Shown here in pieces: positions 11,776 to 21,474 of a stretch of DNA of 64,000 nt. The translations under genes and the position numbers were made by a program. This DNA comes from an uncultured Rivularia sp. Its GTDB lineage: Bacteria > Cyanobacteriota > Cyanobacteriia > Cyanobacteriales > Nostocaceae. The notes below the pieces were generated by a model that was given only the letters and a program-made list of their open reading frames with translations, ran no database searches and was not told where the DNA came from. Every line of letters starts with the position of its first letter. The stretch's first letter is position 1. The stretch spans positions 2,432,001 through 2,496,000 of the forward strand of contig OY762007.1 of assembly GCA_963665115.1 (NCBI GenBank). Direction: 5' to 3'.

Positions 11776-12519
11776 AGATAGATAGTTTTGTGCAGATTGC
11801 GATCGCCCTGAAGGCGACGTATGGCCCTTTGAGTTTTCAAATATCATATCAAACTGATAGCGAAAGTGCTGAAGAAGGCATGGCGTAAATTAAATCTTTT
11901 TGTTGTTAAGTTCATAATTACCTATGAATACATATGAAATTGAATTGAACAGAAGATCCACGTTTGTTTACTAATAAGAGTGCATATAACTCTTTAGGAA
12001 CAGTTTTTTATTTTTATGCACCCGTAGAAGCAAAAATTTTCAAAAATAATCTGTAAAATCCCGATACAGCAAGGAATTGGCTTTTTGGATTTTACTCATG
12101 AGCTTTATCACTAATATAATCTCTGCCAAACAACCTATTTGCTGATAAAAGCTGTTTTATTTTTACTGATTTGCCAGTGAAAAAATAATAGTAGTTGCTT
12201 TTAATACTTTTGTGTCAGTTGCAATACAATTTGAGAGTCTCGCCTCATCTCCGGTATCCTTCTCTTTTATTTAGCTTAAATTACTTCGTTCGCGCTCAGT
12301 ATTTATGCGTTTCTTTTTATTTTATAGTAAAGATATCATGAAGCTATAGAAATTACACTGTGTTGCGTGGTTTAATACAAAACTAAGTCATCCCAGTGGA
12401 AACAGTATTATTGTTCTTAATAATTTTAATGCATAAGAAAAATAAATATAAATGATAATTTACTGTTCGGAAACTAGGGAAACAAAAAAAATTATAGCCG
12501 CTCTTATGGCATATTTATT

Positions 12520-13290
12520 ATGAACATTACAATTTCACAAAAATTAGGTTTATCTACGGCATTAGTTGTCAGTATAGTTAGTTGTTTTCCTCAGTCTGCA
12601 CAAGCACAATTGTTTAGATTTTCCGGACAATCAAATATAAAAGAAGGAACTAATAACTCTGTCTTTACTGAATTTATTCTAGATACAGATACAGGGGTTA
12701 TTCAAGATTTTACAGCCATAGAGCAAACTGCTGGAACTCCAGTATTAAATGTTAGTTCTCCTAGAGCAACAGTTACGACTTCTGAATTAACAACAAACGA
12801 ACGTCAAACTCTAAGTGACTTGCTAGTTCAACTAGATCAGAATCTAGACGAAGATGAATTAAACCAAGTAGTTGAGTATAACCTAAACTCTTTTGATGGA
12901 TTACCTAACTACGAAGCAACATTATATATTCCCTATAGAACAGAGGATGAAAAAGATAGTTTAATTAGTAATCTCGCTGCTTTTGAAAATGCTTTTGACA
13001 CTAACGAACAAATTAGAAATGTTGGGTTCCCCGGTATAATCGTTCGCGACTATATTGAAGAACTCGATGCCAGTCAAAGAATTACCATAAATGGAGTTGA
13101 TAAAACCATCGATTTCTTTGAAGTTGCTAATAATCCTAATTCAACGGAGTTCACGATCGAGAAGGTGAATATTCCCGAACCTACTACAACAACTGTAGGT
13201 TGGTTAGCAGCATTAACTGTAGGCGGGTTGTCGCTGCGTAAGGGGCATAAGCTCAAAGGGCATGGGAAGAGCGATCGCCAGATGAAATAA
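12520..13290 (+). CDS. PEP-CTERM sorting domain protein
   Basis: Signal peptide ending SAQA; C-terminal IPEP-TTTT-TM-RK. Confidence 0.85.
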   Translation: MNITISQKLGLSTALVVSIVSCFPQSAQAQLFRFSGQSNIKEGTNNSVFTEFILDTDTGVIQDFTAIEQTAGTPVLNVSSPRATVTTSELTTNERQTLSDLLVQLDQNLDEDELNQVVEYNLNSFDGLPNYEATLYIPYRTEDEKDSLISNLAAFENAFDTNEQIRNVGFPGIIVRDYIEELDASQRITINGVDKTIDFFEVANNPNSTEFTIEKVNIPEPTTTTVGWLAALTVGGLSLRKGHKLKGHGKSDRQMK

Positions 13291-13313
13291 AAGTATACTT
13301 CACTGTAAGTCGC

Positions 13314-13447
13314 ACGCCACTTGCTACAACGGAGGGAACCTCCGCAACGCAGTGGCTTGGCTACACAAACAAAACCCGTCTGCACGGGTTTAAAATTAGT
13401 AGTCTACGCAGGTAGACTTTGCTTGTGTAGTAGCGGTTTTAACCGCC
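13314..13447. repeat. Small structured repeat (GCCACT...CGGAGG-GAA-CCTCCG...AGTGGC) fused to a multi-hairpin dispersed element
   Basis: Nested palindromes; architecture shared with 49045-49156 and 51387-51497. Confidence 0.6.
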
Positions 13448-13589
13448 AGATATTTTCAAACATCCTATCAGTTTTATACAGAGGGAATTACCCCGCATTT
13501 ATACATTTTAATATTGATGGATACGTAGCAGAACTACGTCTCTAAAAGAGTTTGGTATTCGATACAATTTGTTCGTGAATTTTAATTCA

Positions 13590-13626
13590 AAAAATCCTGC
13601 TAGCAAGAAAGTTTAGCAGGATTTTT
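13590..13626. terminator. Bidirectional intrinsic terminator
   Basis: AAAAATCCTGCTA-N11-TAGCAGGATTTTT downstream of the PEP-CTERM gene. Confidence 0.6.
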
Positions 13627-13854
13627 ATTTTACAAATTTTAATGCTTTGAATCAGGTTAATTCGTTATATGATGCTTTTAGTTATATAAATTGGTACGTA
13701 GTTGGGCTTTAGCACTATTTACTATAACTTTTTGCAAAGACAGCGCAACTACAAACCCAAGCGGGCTATTTAAATAGTCTTTCTATAGATAAATATAAAC
13801 ATCAACATATAAAAGTAAAAAACTTCGTCATAATTAACCTAAAAAAATAATCAT

Positions 13855-16599
13855 ATGAAAGCTTTTACTTATCAATTATTATGCATCAAAGTAAGTATTT
13901 TACTCTCGTTATTTGACTTTGGTAGTGTCAAAGCAGAAATCATTCCAGATCAAACATTACCAGTCAATACTCAAGTTATTAACCAAGGAAATATTCAGCT
14001 GATTCAACAAGGTACCCAGCGCGAGCAAAATCTGTTCCATAGTTTTCAAGAGTTTTCTGTGGATTTGAATGACATTGCCCGTTTTAATCACAATGCTGAT
14101 GTTCAAAATATTATTACACGGGTAACGGGTGATTCAGCTTCTAATATTAACGGTACAATTCAAACATTGATTAATGGCACTACAAATACAGGTAATGCCA
14201 ATCTTTTTTTAATCAACCCGAATGGAATTATATTTGGAGAAAATGCCACTTTAAATATTGGTGGTTCATTTCTTGGTTCTACGGCAGATAGTATTAGGTT
14301 CCAAGATGGAACGGAATTTAGCGCTACTGCCAATGATAATAATGCTTTACTGACAGTTAGCGTTCCTCTAGGTTTACAATTTGGTTCCAATCCTGGGAAT
14401 ATTATTAATCGCTCCCAAGCCAGCCCTAATGGTGATGTAAATTTTTTATTTCGGCCTGTTGGACTAAAAGTGACTGATGGTAACACTTTGGCATTAGTTG
14501 GTGGTAATATTGCTCTCGAAGCTGGTAATTTAACCGCAAGAGAAGGAAGAGTAGAGTTAGGTAGCGTTGCAGGTAATAGTTTTGTTAATTTGAGTGAAGC
14601 AGAAACAGGCTTTGCACTTGGATATACAGATGTACAAAACTTTCAAGATATTAGCCTTTCTCAAATTTCATCTGTTGATATCAGTGGTACGGGTGCAGGT
14701 TCAATCCAAGTACGTGGTAAAAATATAGAACTTAGTCAAGCATCGATAATTTTTGCAGTTACAGAAGGCTCAATTCCTGGGCAAGATTTAATTATTAATG
14801 CTGATGAATCAGTAAAATTGAGTGGAGGTGCAAATATTGGAACTTTTGTTGTCGCTGAAGCCAAAGCTGGAAATGTATTAGTAACAGCTTCCGAGTCTGT
14901 GGAATTAATCGGTACTACCTCAGCAACAGATGGTGGTTTTTTGACCGTGATTGGTTCTCAAGTACTTGAAGGAACAGGTGATGGTGGTAATGTAGAAGTT
15001 AACACTAAGCGAATCATTATCCAAAATGGAGGCGCTATTGAGTCTTCCACATTCGATGCAGGAAACGCTGGAAATATTTTAGTTAGAGCTTCAGATAATA
15101 TCCAACTCATAGGTACTACAGCAGATGGTAATAATTCAAGTGGGATTTTTGCTCAAGTTGGACAATTTGCCGCAGATAATCCCGGCAACGCTGGAAAATT
15201 AACAATTGAAACCAGAGAACTAACCCTTACAGAGGGAGCGCAGATATCCAGTTCAGCACGTTTGAGCGGTAGCGGAGGAGATATACGTATTGACGCGAGT
15301 GACTTTATTACCCTTTCTGGTAGTTCAGCGACTGCCACAGAAGTAAGAGGTAGTAGCGGTATTTTTGTTTCTGCGGAGCCGCAAGGAACTATTGGGGATG
15401 TAGGTAGCTTAACCATTAATACCGGAGTACTGACGGTAGAAAATGGAGCAAAAATATCAGCGGATAACTTTGCTACAGATAACAATCCAGGTACGGTAGA
15501 TTTAAACCTCAGCAAATTGATAATTCGCGATGGGGGATTAGTCACGGCTGGTTCTTTTGCTAGCAGTGATGGTGGTATCTTAAATGTTAATGCCACAGAT
15601 TCTGTAGAAGTTACGGGTACGGGTGTAATTGGTGAAAATATTCCTGTTAAAAGTACCTTGTTTACTCGTGCTGAATCTTCTGGAAATGCCGGGAATTTAT
15701 CTATAAACACACCAAGTTTACTGGTAAGAGATAGTGCAGAAATTACCGTCAGTAGCACGGGTACGGGTAGAGCAGGGAATTTAGAAGTAAATGCCGATAC
15801 TGTGGAGTTAAATAATCAAGCCAAATTGATTGGTGAAACTGTAGCAACTGCCGATGCTGGTAATATCACGCTCAAGTTAGCAGATTTCTTGTTAATGCGG
15901 AATCAAAGCCAAATTTCAACTTCGGCGGGTACAGATGCGGCTCCTGGAAACGGCGGTAATATTTTTATTGATGTTCCCAACGGCTTTATTATTGCCCTGC
16001 CCAATGAAAACAGCGATATTACAGCCAATGCCTTTAGCGGTAGCGGCGGACAAATTACAATTGATGCCAATAATATATTTGGAATCACACCTTTAACTAG
16101 AGACGAATTAATTCAACAACTGGGAACAGATAACCCCCAAGAACTTAACCCAAATAATTTAGCTAGCAGCAACATTACAGCAATTTCTCAACAAAACCCG
16201 AATTTAGACGGTGATTTTACAATTACAGATCCAGATATAGACCCGAATCGTGGTTTAATCGAACTACCCGAAAATCTAGTAGATGCATCACAACTAGTTT
16301 CTCAAGCTTGTACACCTAGAGGAAGACAAAATGCCAGTACTTTTATCTCAACAGGAAGAGGTGGATTACCGTTAAGCCCAAATCAGCCTGTACGTAAACG
16401 TGCGGTAATTACAAATTGGGTTGATTTACCGTCGCAAACAACCGAAAGAAGAATAAATAAATTACCCACCGCCGAAGCAACTAAATCTACTCCAAAAATT
16501 ATTGAAGCCCAGAAAATAGTAGTTGATAAAAATGGCGACACTTTCCTGGTAGCTGAATCTCCACAAAATCACACTCCCTCGACTATCTCCTGTAATTAA
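13855..16599 (+). CDS. Filamentous haemagglutinin N-terminal (TPS) domain exoprotein
   Basis: IIPDQTL, NLFHSFQEFS, NIITRVTG, LFLINPNGIIFG, beta-helix GNAGNI repeats, ENSDITANA, TGRGGLP. Confidence 0.93.
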   Translation: MKAFTYQLLCIKVSILLSLFDFGSVKAEIIPDQTLPVNTQVINQGNIQLIQQGTQREQNLFHSFQEFSVDLNDIARFNHNADVQNIITRVTGDSASNINGTIQTLINGTTNTGNANLFLINPNGIIFGENATLNIGGSFLGSTADSIRFQDGTEFSATANDNNALLTVSVPLGLQFGSNPGNIINRSQASPNGDVNFLFRPVGLKVTDGNTLALVGGNIALEAGNLTAREGRVELGSVAGNSFVNLSEAETGFALGYTDVQNFQDISLSQISSVDISGTGAGSIQVRGKNIELSQASIIFAVTEGSIPGQDLIINADESVKLSGGANIGTFVVAEAKAGNVLVTASESVELIGTTSATDGGFLTVIGSQVLEGTGDGGNVEVNTKRIIIQNGGAIESSTFDAGNAGNILVRASDNIQLIGTTADGNNSSGIFAQVGQFAADNPGNAGKLTIETRELTLTEGAQISSSARLSGSGGDIRIDASDFITLSGSSATATEVRGSSGIFVSAEPQGTIGDVGSLTINTGVLTVENGAKISADNFATDNNPGTVDLNLSKLIIRDGGLVTAGSFASSDGGILNVNATDSVEVTGTGVIGENIPVKSTLFTRAESSGNAGNLSINTPSLLVRDSAEITVSSTGTGRAGNLEVNADTVELNNQAKLIGETVATADAGNITLKLADFLLMRNQSQISTSAGTDAAPGNGGNIFIDVPNGFIIALPNENSDITANAFSGSGGQITIDANNIFGITPLTRDELIQQLGTDNPQELNPNNLASSNITAISQQNPNLDGDFTITDPDIDPNRGLIELPENLVDASQLVSQACTPRGRQNASTFISTGRGGLPLSPNQPVRKRAVITNWVDLPSQTTERRINKLPTAEATKSTPKIIEAQKIVVDKNGDTFLVAESPQNHTPSTISCN

Positions 16600-16604
16600 T
16601 AACT

Positions 16605-16712
16605 TACAGCATATTTCATTTTGGCGAGGTAGATTCTGACGGGCAGGGATGCCCATCCCACAAGAGTTTTAGCATACAGCTTTGTACCTCCTGCAAGTTG
16701 CAAAGTGCTGTA
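16605..16712. mobile_element. TA-ended MITE-like element containing a REP-like palindrome
   Basis: Imperfect TIRs TACAGCA...GAGGTA / TACCTC...TGCTGTA; internal CGGGCAGGGATGCCC-ATCCCAC recurs inverted at ~38891-38917. Confidence 0.5.
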
Positions 16713-16784
16713 TTACTCAAAAACACTCAGCGTACCTCCGCGTTTACCTCCCTTTCCTCTGCGTTTAAAAAATATATCAATACC

Positions 16785-19445
16785 ATGATATTCAAAAATA
16801 ATAAATATATAGCTTTTTTTAAACTTGAACAATACAAACTAGAATCCCTCTCCTTTAAAAGGAGAGGGAAAAAGGGTGAGGTTATTAAAATCCGTGATTT
16901 CCGCGTTTTCATTGCCTTGGTGTTGGTAACAGCTATTTGCATTATTAATTCTCCCGTTGCAGCAAATATTATATTAAAATCACAAGCTCAAGAAACGCAA
17001 TACATAGCATCTCTACAACAAGGCAAACAACTATATGAAGCCGGAAGAATTACCGAATCTATCAATGTATTGCAACAAGCGATCGCAAATTATCGCAATC
17101 GAGGAGATGAATTAAAACAAGCCGTTGCATTGAGTAATTTAGCTTTAGCTTATCAAAAATTGGGTAACTTAAATCAAGCTCAACAAGCAATTACCCAAAG
17201 TTTAGAATTATTTGGTATTAACCAAAATTCAATCCAAAACCCATCCGTTGCCAAAATTCTCGATATTCAAGGTAGCATCCAACTAGATTTAGGAAAAGCC
17301 GAAGAAGCACTGAAAACCTGGCAAAATTCAGAAACTATATATAAACAAATTAATAATCAAAATGGTGTTGTTAGTAGTCGGATTAACCAAGCCACAGCAT
17401 GGCAAGTTTTAGGATTTTACCGTCGGAGTTTAACAATTTTAACTGCATTGCAACAAGAAACCCAAACACAACCAAACTCTATAAATAAAGCAATAGAACT
17501 ACGTTCTTTAGGAGATGCTCTACAATTAGCAGGTGATTTAAAACAGTCTCGTCAGGCATTAAATCAAAGTTTGAAAATTGCCCAAAGATTAAATTCACCA
17601 CCAAATATCAGCGCTGCTTTTTTAAGTTTGGGTAATACAGCGCGAGTAGAGCAAAATTTTTCACAAGCAATCAAGTTTTATCAACAAGCTGCTCAGTTTA
17701 CGACAAACCCGACTACTAAAGTTCGAGCTACTATTAATCAATTAAATCTTTTAGTTAATAATGAAAATACCGAAGCCGCCAAAACACTATTACCGCAAAT
17801 TGAAGCTCAATTAAATAATTTACCAGCTTCTCAAACCAATATCTACGCTCGGATTAATTTAGTTCAAAGTTTGCTCAAATTAAATACTAAACCCGAAACT
17901 ATTGCTCAAATCTCCGCTACAGCAGTACAGCAAGCCAAAAATTTAGTAGATAAACGAGCAGAAAGCTTTGCTCTTGGTACTCTAGGTAGCGTCTACGAGC
18001 AAACTAAACAATTCTCCAATGCCCAGAAACTCACCCAACAAGCACTAACTATTGCTCAAACCATTAATGCTGCTGATATATCTTACCGCTGGCATTGGCA
18101 GTTAGGAAGGTTATTAAAACAGCAGGGAAAAATTGAAAGTGCGATCGCATCTTATGATAGTGCGGTGAATGATTTGCAGAGTCTCCGCAGCGATTTAGTA
18201 GCGGTGAATCGCGATGTACAATATTCCTTTAGAGAAAGTGTGGAACCCGTATATCGGGAATCGGTAGCATTGCTGTTGCAGTCACAGCAAAGCAACAACA
18301 GCGAAAAGACTTTAGATAAAGCTAGACAAAGAATTGAATCACTGCAATTAGCAGAATTAGACAATTATTTTCGGCAAGCTTGTATAGATACTCAAAAAGT
18401 AGTGCTAGACAAAGTAGTAGACGAAGATAATCCTACTGCTGCAATTATTTACCCAATTATTTTGCCGCAACAGCTACAGGTAATCGTTAAAATTCCTAAT
18501 CAACCCCTGCGTAACTATACAATCAATGAATCCCAAAGCGAAGTTGAAAAGCTTCTCACAACCTTGCGGGAATATCTTTTAGAACCTGATAGAGTTGAGG
18601 AAGTGCAGTCACTCTCACAGCAAGTCTATGGTTGGTTAATCAAAAATATTGAGTCAGATTTGCAAAAAAGTGGAGTCAAAACCCTGGTATTTGTACTAGA
18701 TGGGGCATTGCGTAATATTCCGATGGCTATTTTGTATGATGGCGAACAACATATTATTGAAAAATATGCAGTAGCCTTGAGTTTGGGACTTCAGTTACTC
18801 ACACCCAAACCCTTATCAGAAGAACCACTCAAAGTTTTAGCCGCAGGGTTAGTAGAGCCACCAGCAGAATTTGATCGGATGTTTCCACCGTTACCAGGAA
18901 TTAAATCTGAGTTTAATTTAATTAGCAAAACAGGGGTATCGAAAAAACAACTTTTAAATCAAGAATTTACTAGCACTAGCTTAGAAAAAAATGTAAACAC
19001 CACTCCCTTTAATATCCTGCATCTAGCAACCCACGGTGTATTTAGCTCCCAACCCGAAAATACTTACATCCTAGCGGCAGATGGTAAGATTAACGTTACC
19101 CAATTTGATAGTTTGCTGCGTAGTCGGAATGAAAGCCGCTCGGAAGCTTTAGAAATGCTGGTGTTAAGCGCTTGTCAAACTGCTGCTGGCGATAATCGCG
19201 CCACACTGGGTTTAGCAGGAGTATCCGTCAAAGCTGGAGCGCGGAGTACCTTAGCTTCATTGTGGCACGTTAACGATAAATCAACGGCTCTGTTGATGGG
19301 CGAATTTTATCGCGAGTTAGCCAATACCAAGGTAACTAAAGCAGAAGCTCTGCGTCGTGCCCAAGTAACACTATTAAAAAAATATCCTAATTACGAACGC
19401 CCTCAATTTTGGGCACCCTATGTATTAGTTGGTAACTGGCTTTGA
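16785..19445 (+). CDS. TPR + CHAT domain protein
   Basis: N-terminal hydrophobic segment, TPRs, QLAELDNYF, FVLDGALRNIPM, LHLATHG / VLSACQT dyad, ASLW, FWAPYVLVGNWL. Confidence 0.93.
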   Translation: MIFKNNKYIAFFKLEQYKLESLSFKRRGKKGEVIKIRDFRVFIALVLVTAICIINSPVAANIILKSQAQETQYIASLQQGKQLYEAGRITESINVLQQAIANYRNRGDELKQAVALSNLALAYQKLGNLNQAQQAITQSLELFGINQNSIQNPSVAKILDIQGSIQLDLGKAEEALKTWQNSETIYKQINNQNGVVSSRINQATAWQVLGFYRRSLTILTALQQETQTQPNSINKAIELRSLGDALQLAGDLKQSRQALNQSLKIAQRLNSPPNISAAFLSLGNTARVEQNFSQAIKFYQQAAQFTTNPTTKVRATINQLNLLVNNENTEAAKTLLPQIEAQLNNLPASQTNIYARINLVQSLLKLNTKPETIAQISATAVQQAKNLVDKRAESFALGTLGSVYEQTKQFSNAQKLTQQALTIAQTINAADISYRWHWQLGRLLKQQGKIESAIASYDSAVNDLQSLRSDLVAVNRDVQYSFRESVEPVYRESVALLLQSQQSNNSEKTLDKARQRIESLQLAELDNYFRQACIDTQKVVLDKVVDEDNPTAAIIYPIILPQQLQVIVKIPNQPLRNYTINESQSEVEKLLTTLREYLLEPDRVEEVQSLSQQVYGWLIKNIESDLQKSGVKTLVFVLDGALRNIPMAILYDGEQHIIEKYAVALSLGLQLLTPKPLSEEPLKVLAAGLVEPPAEFDRMFPPLPGIKSEFNLISKTGVSKKQLLNQEFTSTSLEKNVNTTPFNILHLATHGVFSSQPENTYILAADGKINVTQFDSLLRSRNESRSEALEMLVLSACQTAAGDNRATLGLAGVSVKAGARSTLASLWHVNDKSTALLMGEFYRELANTKVTKAEALRRAQVTLLKKYPNYERPQFWAPYVLVGNWL

Positions 19446-19585
19446 ATGGTGATAAATATTCCCTATTCCCTGTTCCCCACTCATTGTCTAAAATTTGATG
19501 TAGTTTGTCCAACATACTTCTTTTGATAGTATTTTTCCCTCAAGTCTAGACTTAAGATTTGCGAGAGGGATAGTAACTATAAAAA

Positions 19586-20159
19586 ATGACTACAACTACG
19601 CCAAATCCGCTATCAACTGCTGTAGGAAATAACAGCGTTGAAGTGACATTAAAGGTTAACGGTACGGAACATACTTTAAACATCGAACCCCGCGTTACTC
19701 TTTTGGATGCATTGCGGGAACGTTTAAATTTAACTGGTAGTAAAAAAGGTTGCAACCACGGGCAGTGTGGAGCTTGTACTGTTTTAATAAATGGAGAAAG
19801 AATTAATTCCTGTCTGGCTTTAGCAATCATGCATGAAGGAGACGAAATTACAACTATTGAAGGGCTGGCTAATGGTAGCGAACTTCATATAATGCAGGCT
19901 GCATTTGTGAATAATGATGGTTTTCAATGCGGTTACTGTACTTCGGGACAAATTTGCTCTGCGGTGGCTTTGCTTTCGGAAATAGAAGCAGGGCAAGCAA
20001 GTACGGTAACTGATTTAGAAGAAATTGCCAACCCAACCGCATCAATTGAATTAACCGACACAGAAATACGCGAAACGCATGAGTGGAAACCTTTGTCGCT
20101 GCGGCGCTTATCCGCATATTGTAGCTGCCGTTAGGGAAGCTTATCAGGTTAAAGGTTAG
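19586..20159 (+). CDS. paoA: Aldehyde oxidoreductase/xanthine dehydrogenase 2Fe-2S subunit (+1 A at ~20074, probable error)
   Basis: GSKKGCNHGQCGACTV...NSC, FQCGYCT, corrected frame ERMSGNLCRCGAY; no Tat leader. Confidence 0.88.
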
Positions 20160-20205
20160 AGAAGAGAGAGGGGGTAGAGGGGGAAGAGGGGGAAGAGGGG
20201 GTAGA

Positions 20206-20268
20206 AATTACCAATTACCAATTACCAATTACCAATTACCAATTACCAATTACCAATTACCAATTACC
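20206..20268. repeat. STRR heptamer (AATTACC)x9
   Basis: Counted directly; similar tracts at ~21426, ~41426, ~59587. Confidence 0.9.
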
Positions 20269-20293
20269 AATTAATAACTGTTCACTGAAAAAG

Positions 20294-21277
20294 ATGAAAC
20301 CATTTAATTACCAAAAAGCTGATTCTTCAAATGCTGCTGTACAAGAATTAAGCAGTAATAACCAAGCAAAAATAATCGGTGGCGGTACAAATTTACTCGA
20401 TTTGATGAAATCTGGTGTGGAAGTACCGGATAGTTTAATTGATATTACTAAATTACCGCTGGCTGAAATTACAGAATTACCTAATGGTGGGGTACGTATT
20501 GGTGCTTTAGCTCGTAATACTGCGACTGCAAATCATCCTTTAATTCGAGAAAGATATCCTTTGTTGTCACAAGCTTTTCTTTCCGGTGCAACTCAGCAGT
20601 TACGCAATATGGCAACCGTTGGTGGAAACTTAATGCAAAGAACTCGTTGCTATTATTTCTACGATACCGCAACGCCATGTAATAAGCGGGAACCGGGTTC
20701 TGGATGTCCTGCGGTGGAAGGTTTTAACCGAATTCACGCCATTCTGGGTGCTTCCGAAAATTGTATTGCTACTCATCCCTCAGATATGTGCGTTGCTTTA
20801 GCAGCTTTGGATGCAGTTGTGAGAGTAGTTAGCGCATCGGGTGAGGAAAGAGAAATACCCGCAACCGAATTTCACCGTTTACCCGGAGATACCCCAAATA
20901 TAGATACAAATTTACAAGAAAACGAATTAATAACCGCCGTTGATTTGCCTCCATCTTTGAATGCAAAATCTTATTACTTAAAAGTTAGAGATAGAGCTTC
21001 TTATGCATTTGCTTTAGTTTCAGTTGCTGCTGTATTGGAAATTGAAAATAATTCCATCAAAACCGCACGTTTGGCAATGGGTGGAGTAGCACATAAACCT
21101 TGGAGAGCAACTAATGCAGAAGAAATATTAGTCGGCGCAATTCCCAGCGAAGAAGTATTTCGACAAGCAGCAGAAACCGCATTACAAGGAAGTCTTGGTT
21201 ATCAACATAATAATTTCAAAATTGAACTAGCGAAGCGGGCGATCGTTCGCGCATTGATGACAGTTGCAAATGGGTAA
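20294..21277 (+). CDS. paoB: Xanthine dehydrogenase family FAD-binding subunit
   Basis: GGGTNLLDLMK, QLRNMATVGGNLMQRTRC, CNKREPGSGC, ATHPSD, KVRDRASYAFA. Confidence 0.92.
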   Translation: MKPFNYQKADSSNAAVQELSSNNQAKIIGGGTNLLDLMKSGVEVPDSLIDITKLPLAEITELPNGGVRIGALARNTATANHPLIRERYPLLSQAFLSGATQQLRNMATVGGNLMQRTRCYYFYDTATPCNKREPGSGCPAVEGFNRIHAILGASENCIATHPSDMCVALAALDAVVRVVSASGEEREIPATEFHRLPGDTPNIDTNLQENELITAVDLPPSLNAKSYYLKVRDRASYAFALVSVAAVLEIENNSIKTARLAMGGVAHKPWRATNAEEILVGAIPSEEVFRQAAETALQGSLGYQHNNFKIELAKRAIVRALMTVANG

Positions 21278-21474
21278 TAGGTAATAGGGGGAGGAGGGGG
21301 GAGATGCGGAGATTAGGAGATATAGCAGATTGCAGCCTTATTAATTATTAGCAGGGAGCGAGACGCTCCCACTACGTTTTTGACTGCTACTCTTTACCAT
21401 TCTCAATGCCCAATACCCCATCCCCAATTACCAATTACCAATTACCAATTACCAATTTTTAATCTAAAATCGTT

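Noticed and set aside
13314..13357. tRNA-like fold
   Set aside because: Too short, with no T-loop or D-loop consensus; a small dispersed repeat.
13074..13545. ORFs 13074-13385 and 13321-13545
   Set aside because: Derived from palindromic repeat DNA or antisense to the PEP-CTERM gene.
15153..15758. 201 aa antisense ORF and other shadow ORFs
   Set aside because: Opposite-strand shadows of well-supported genes.
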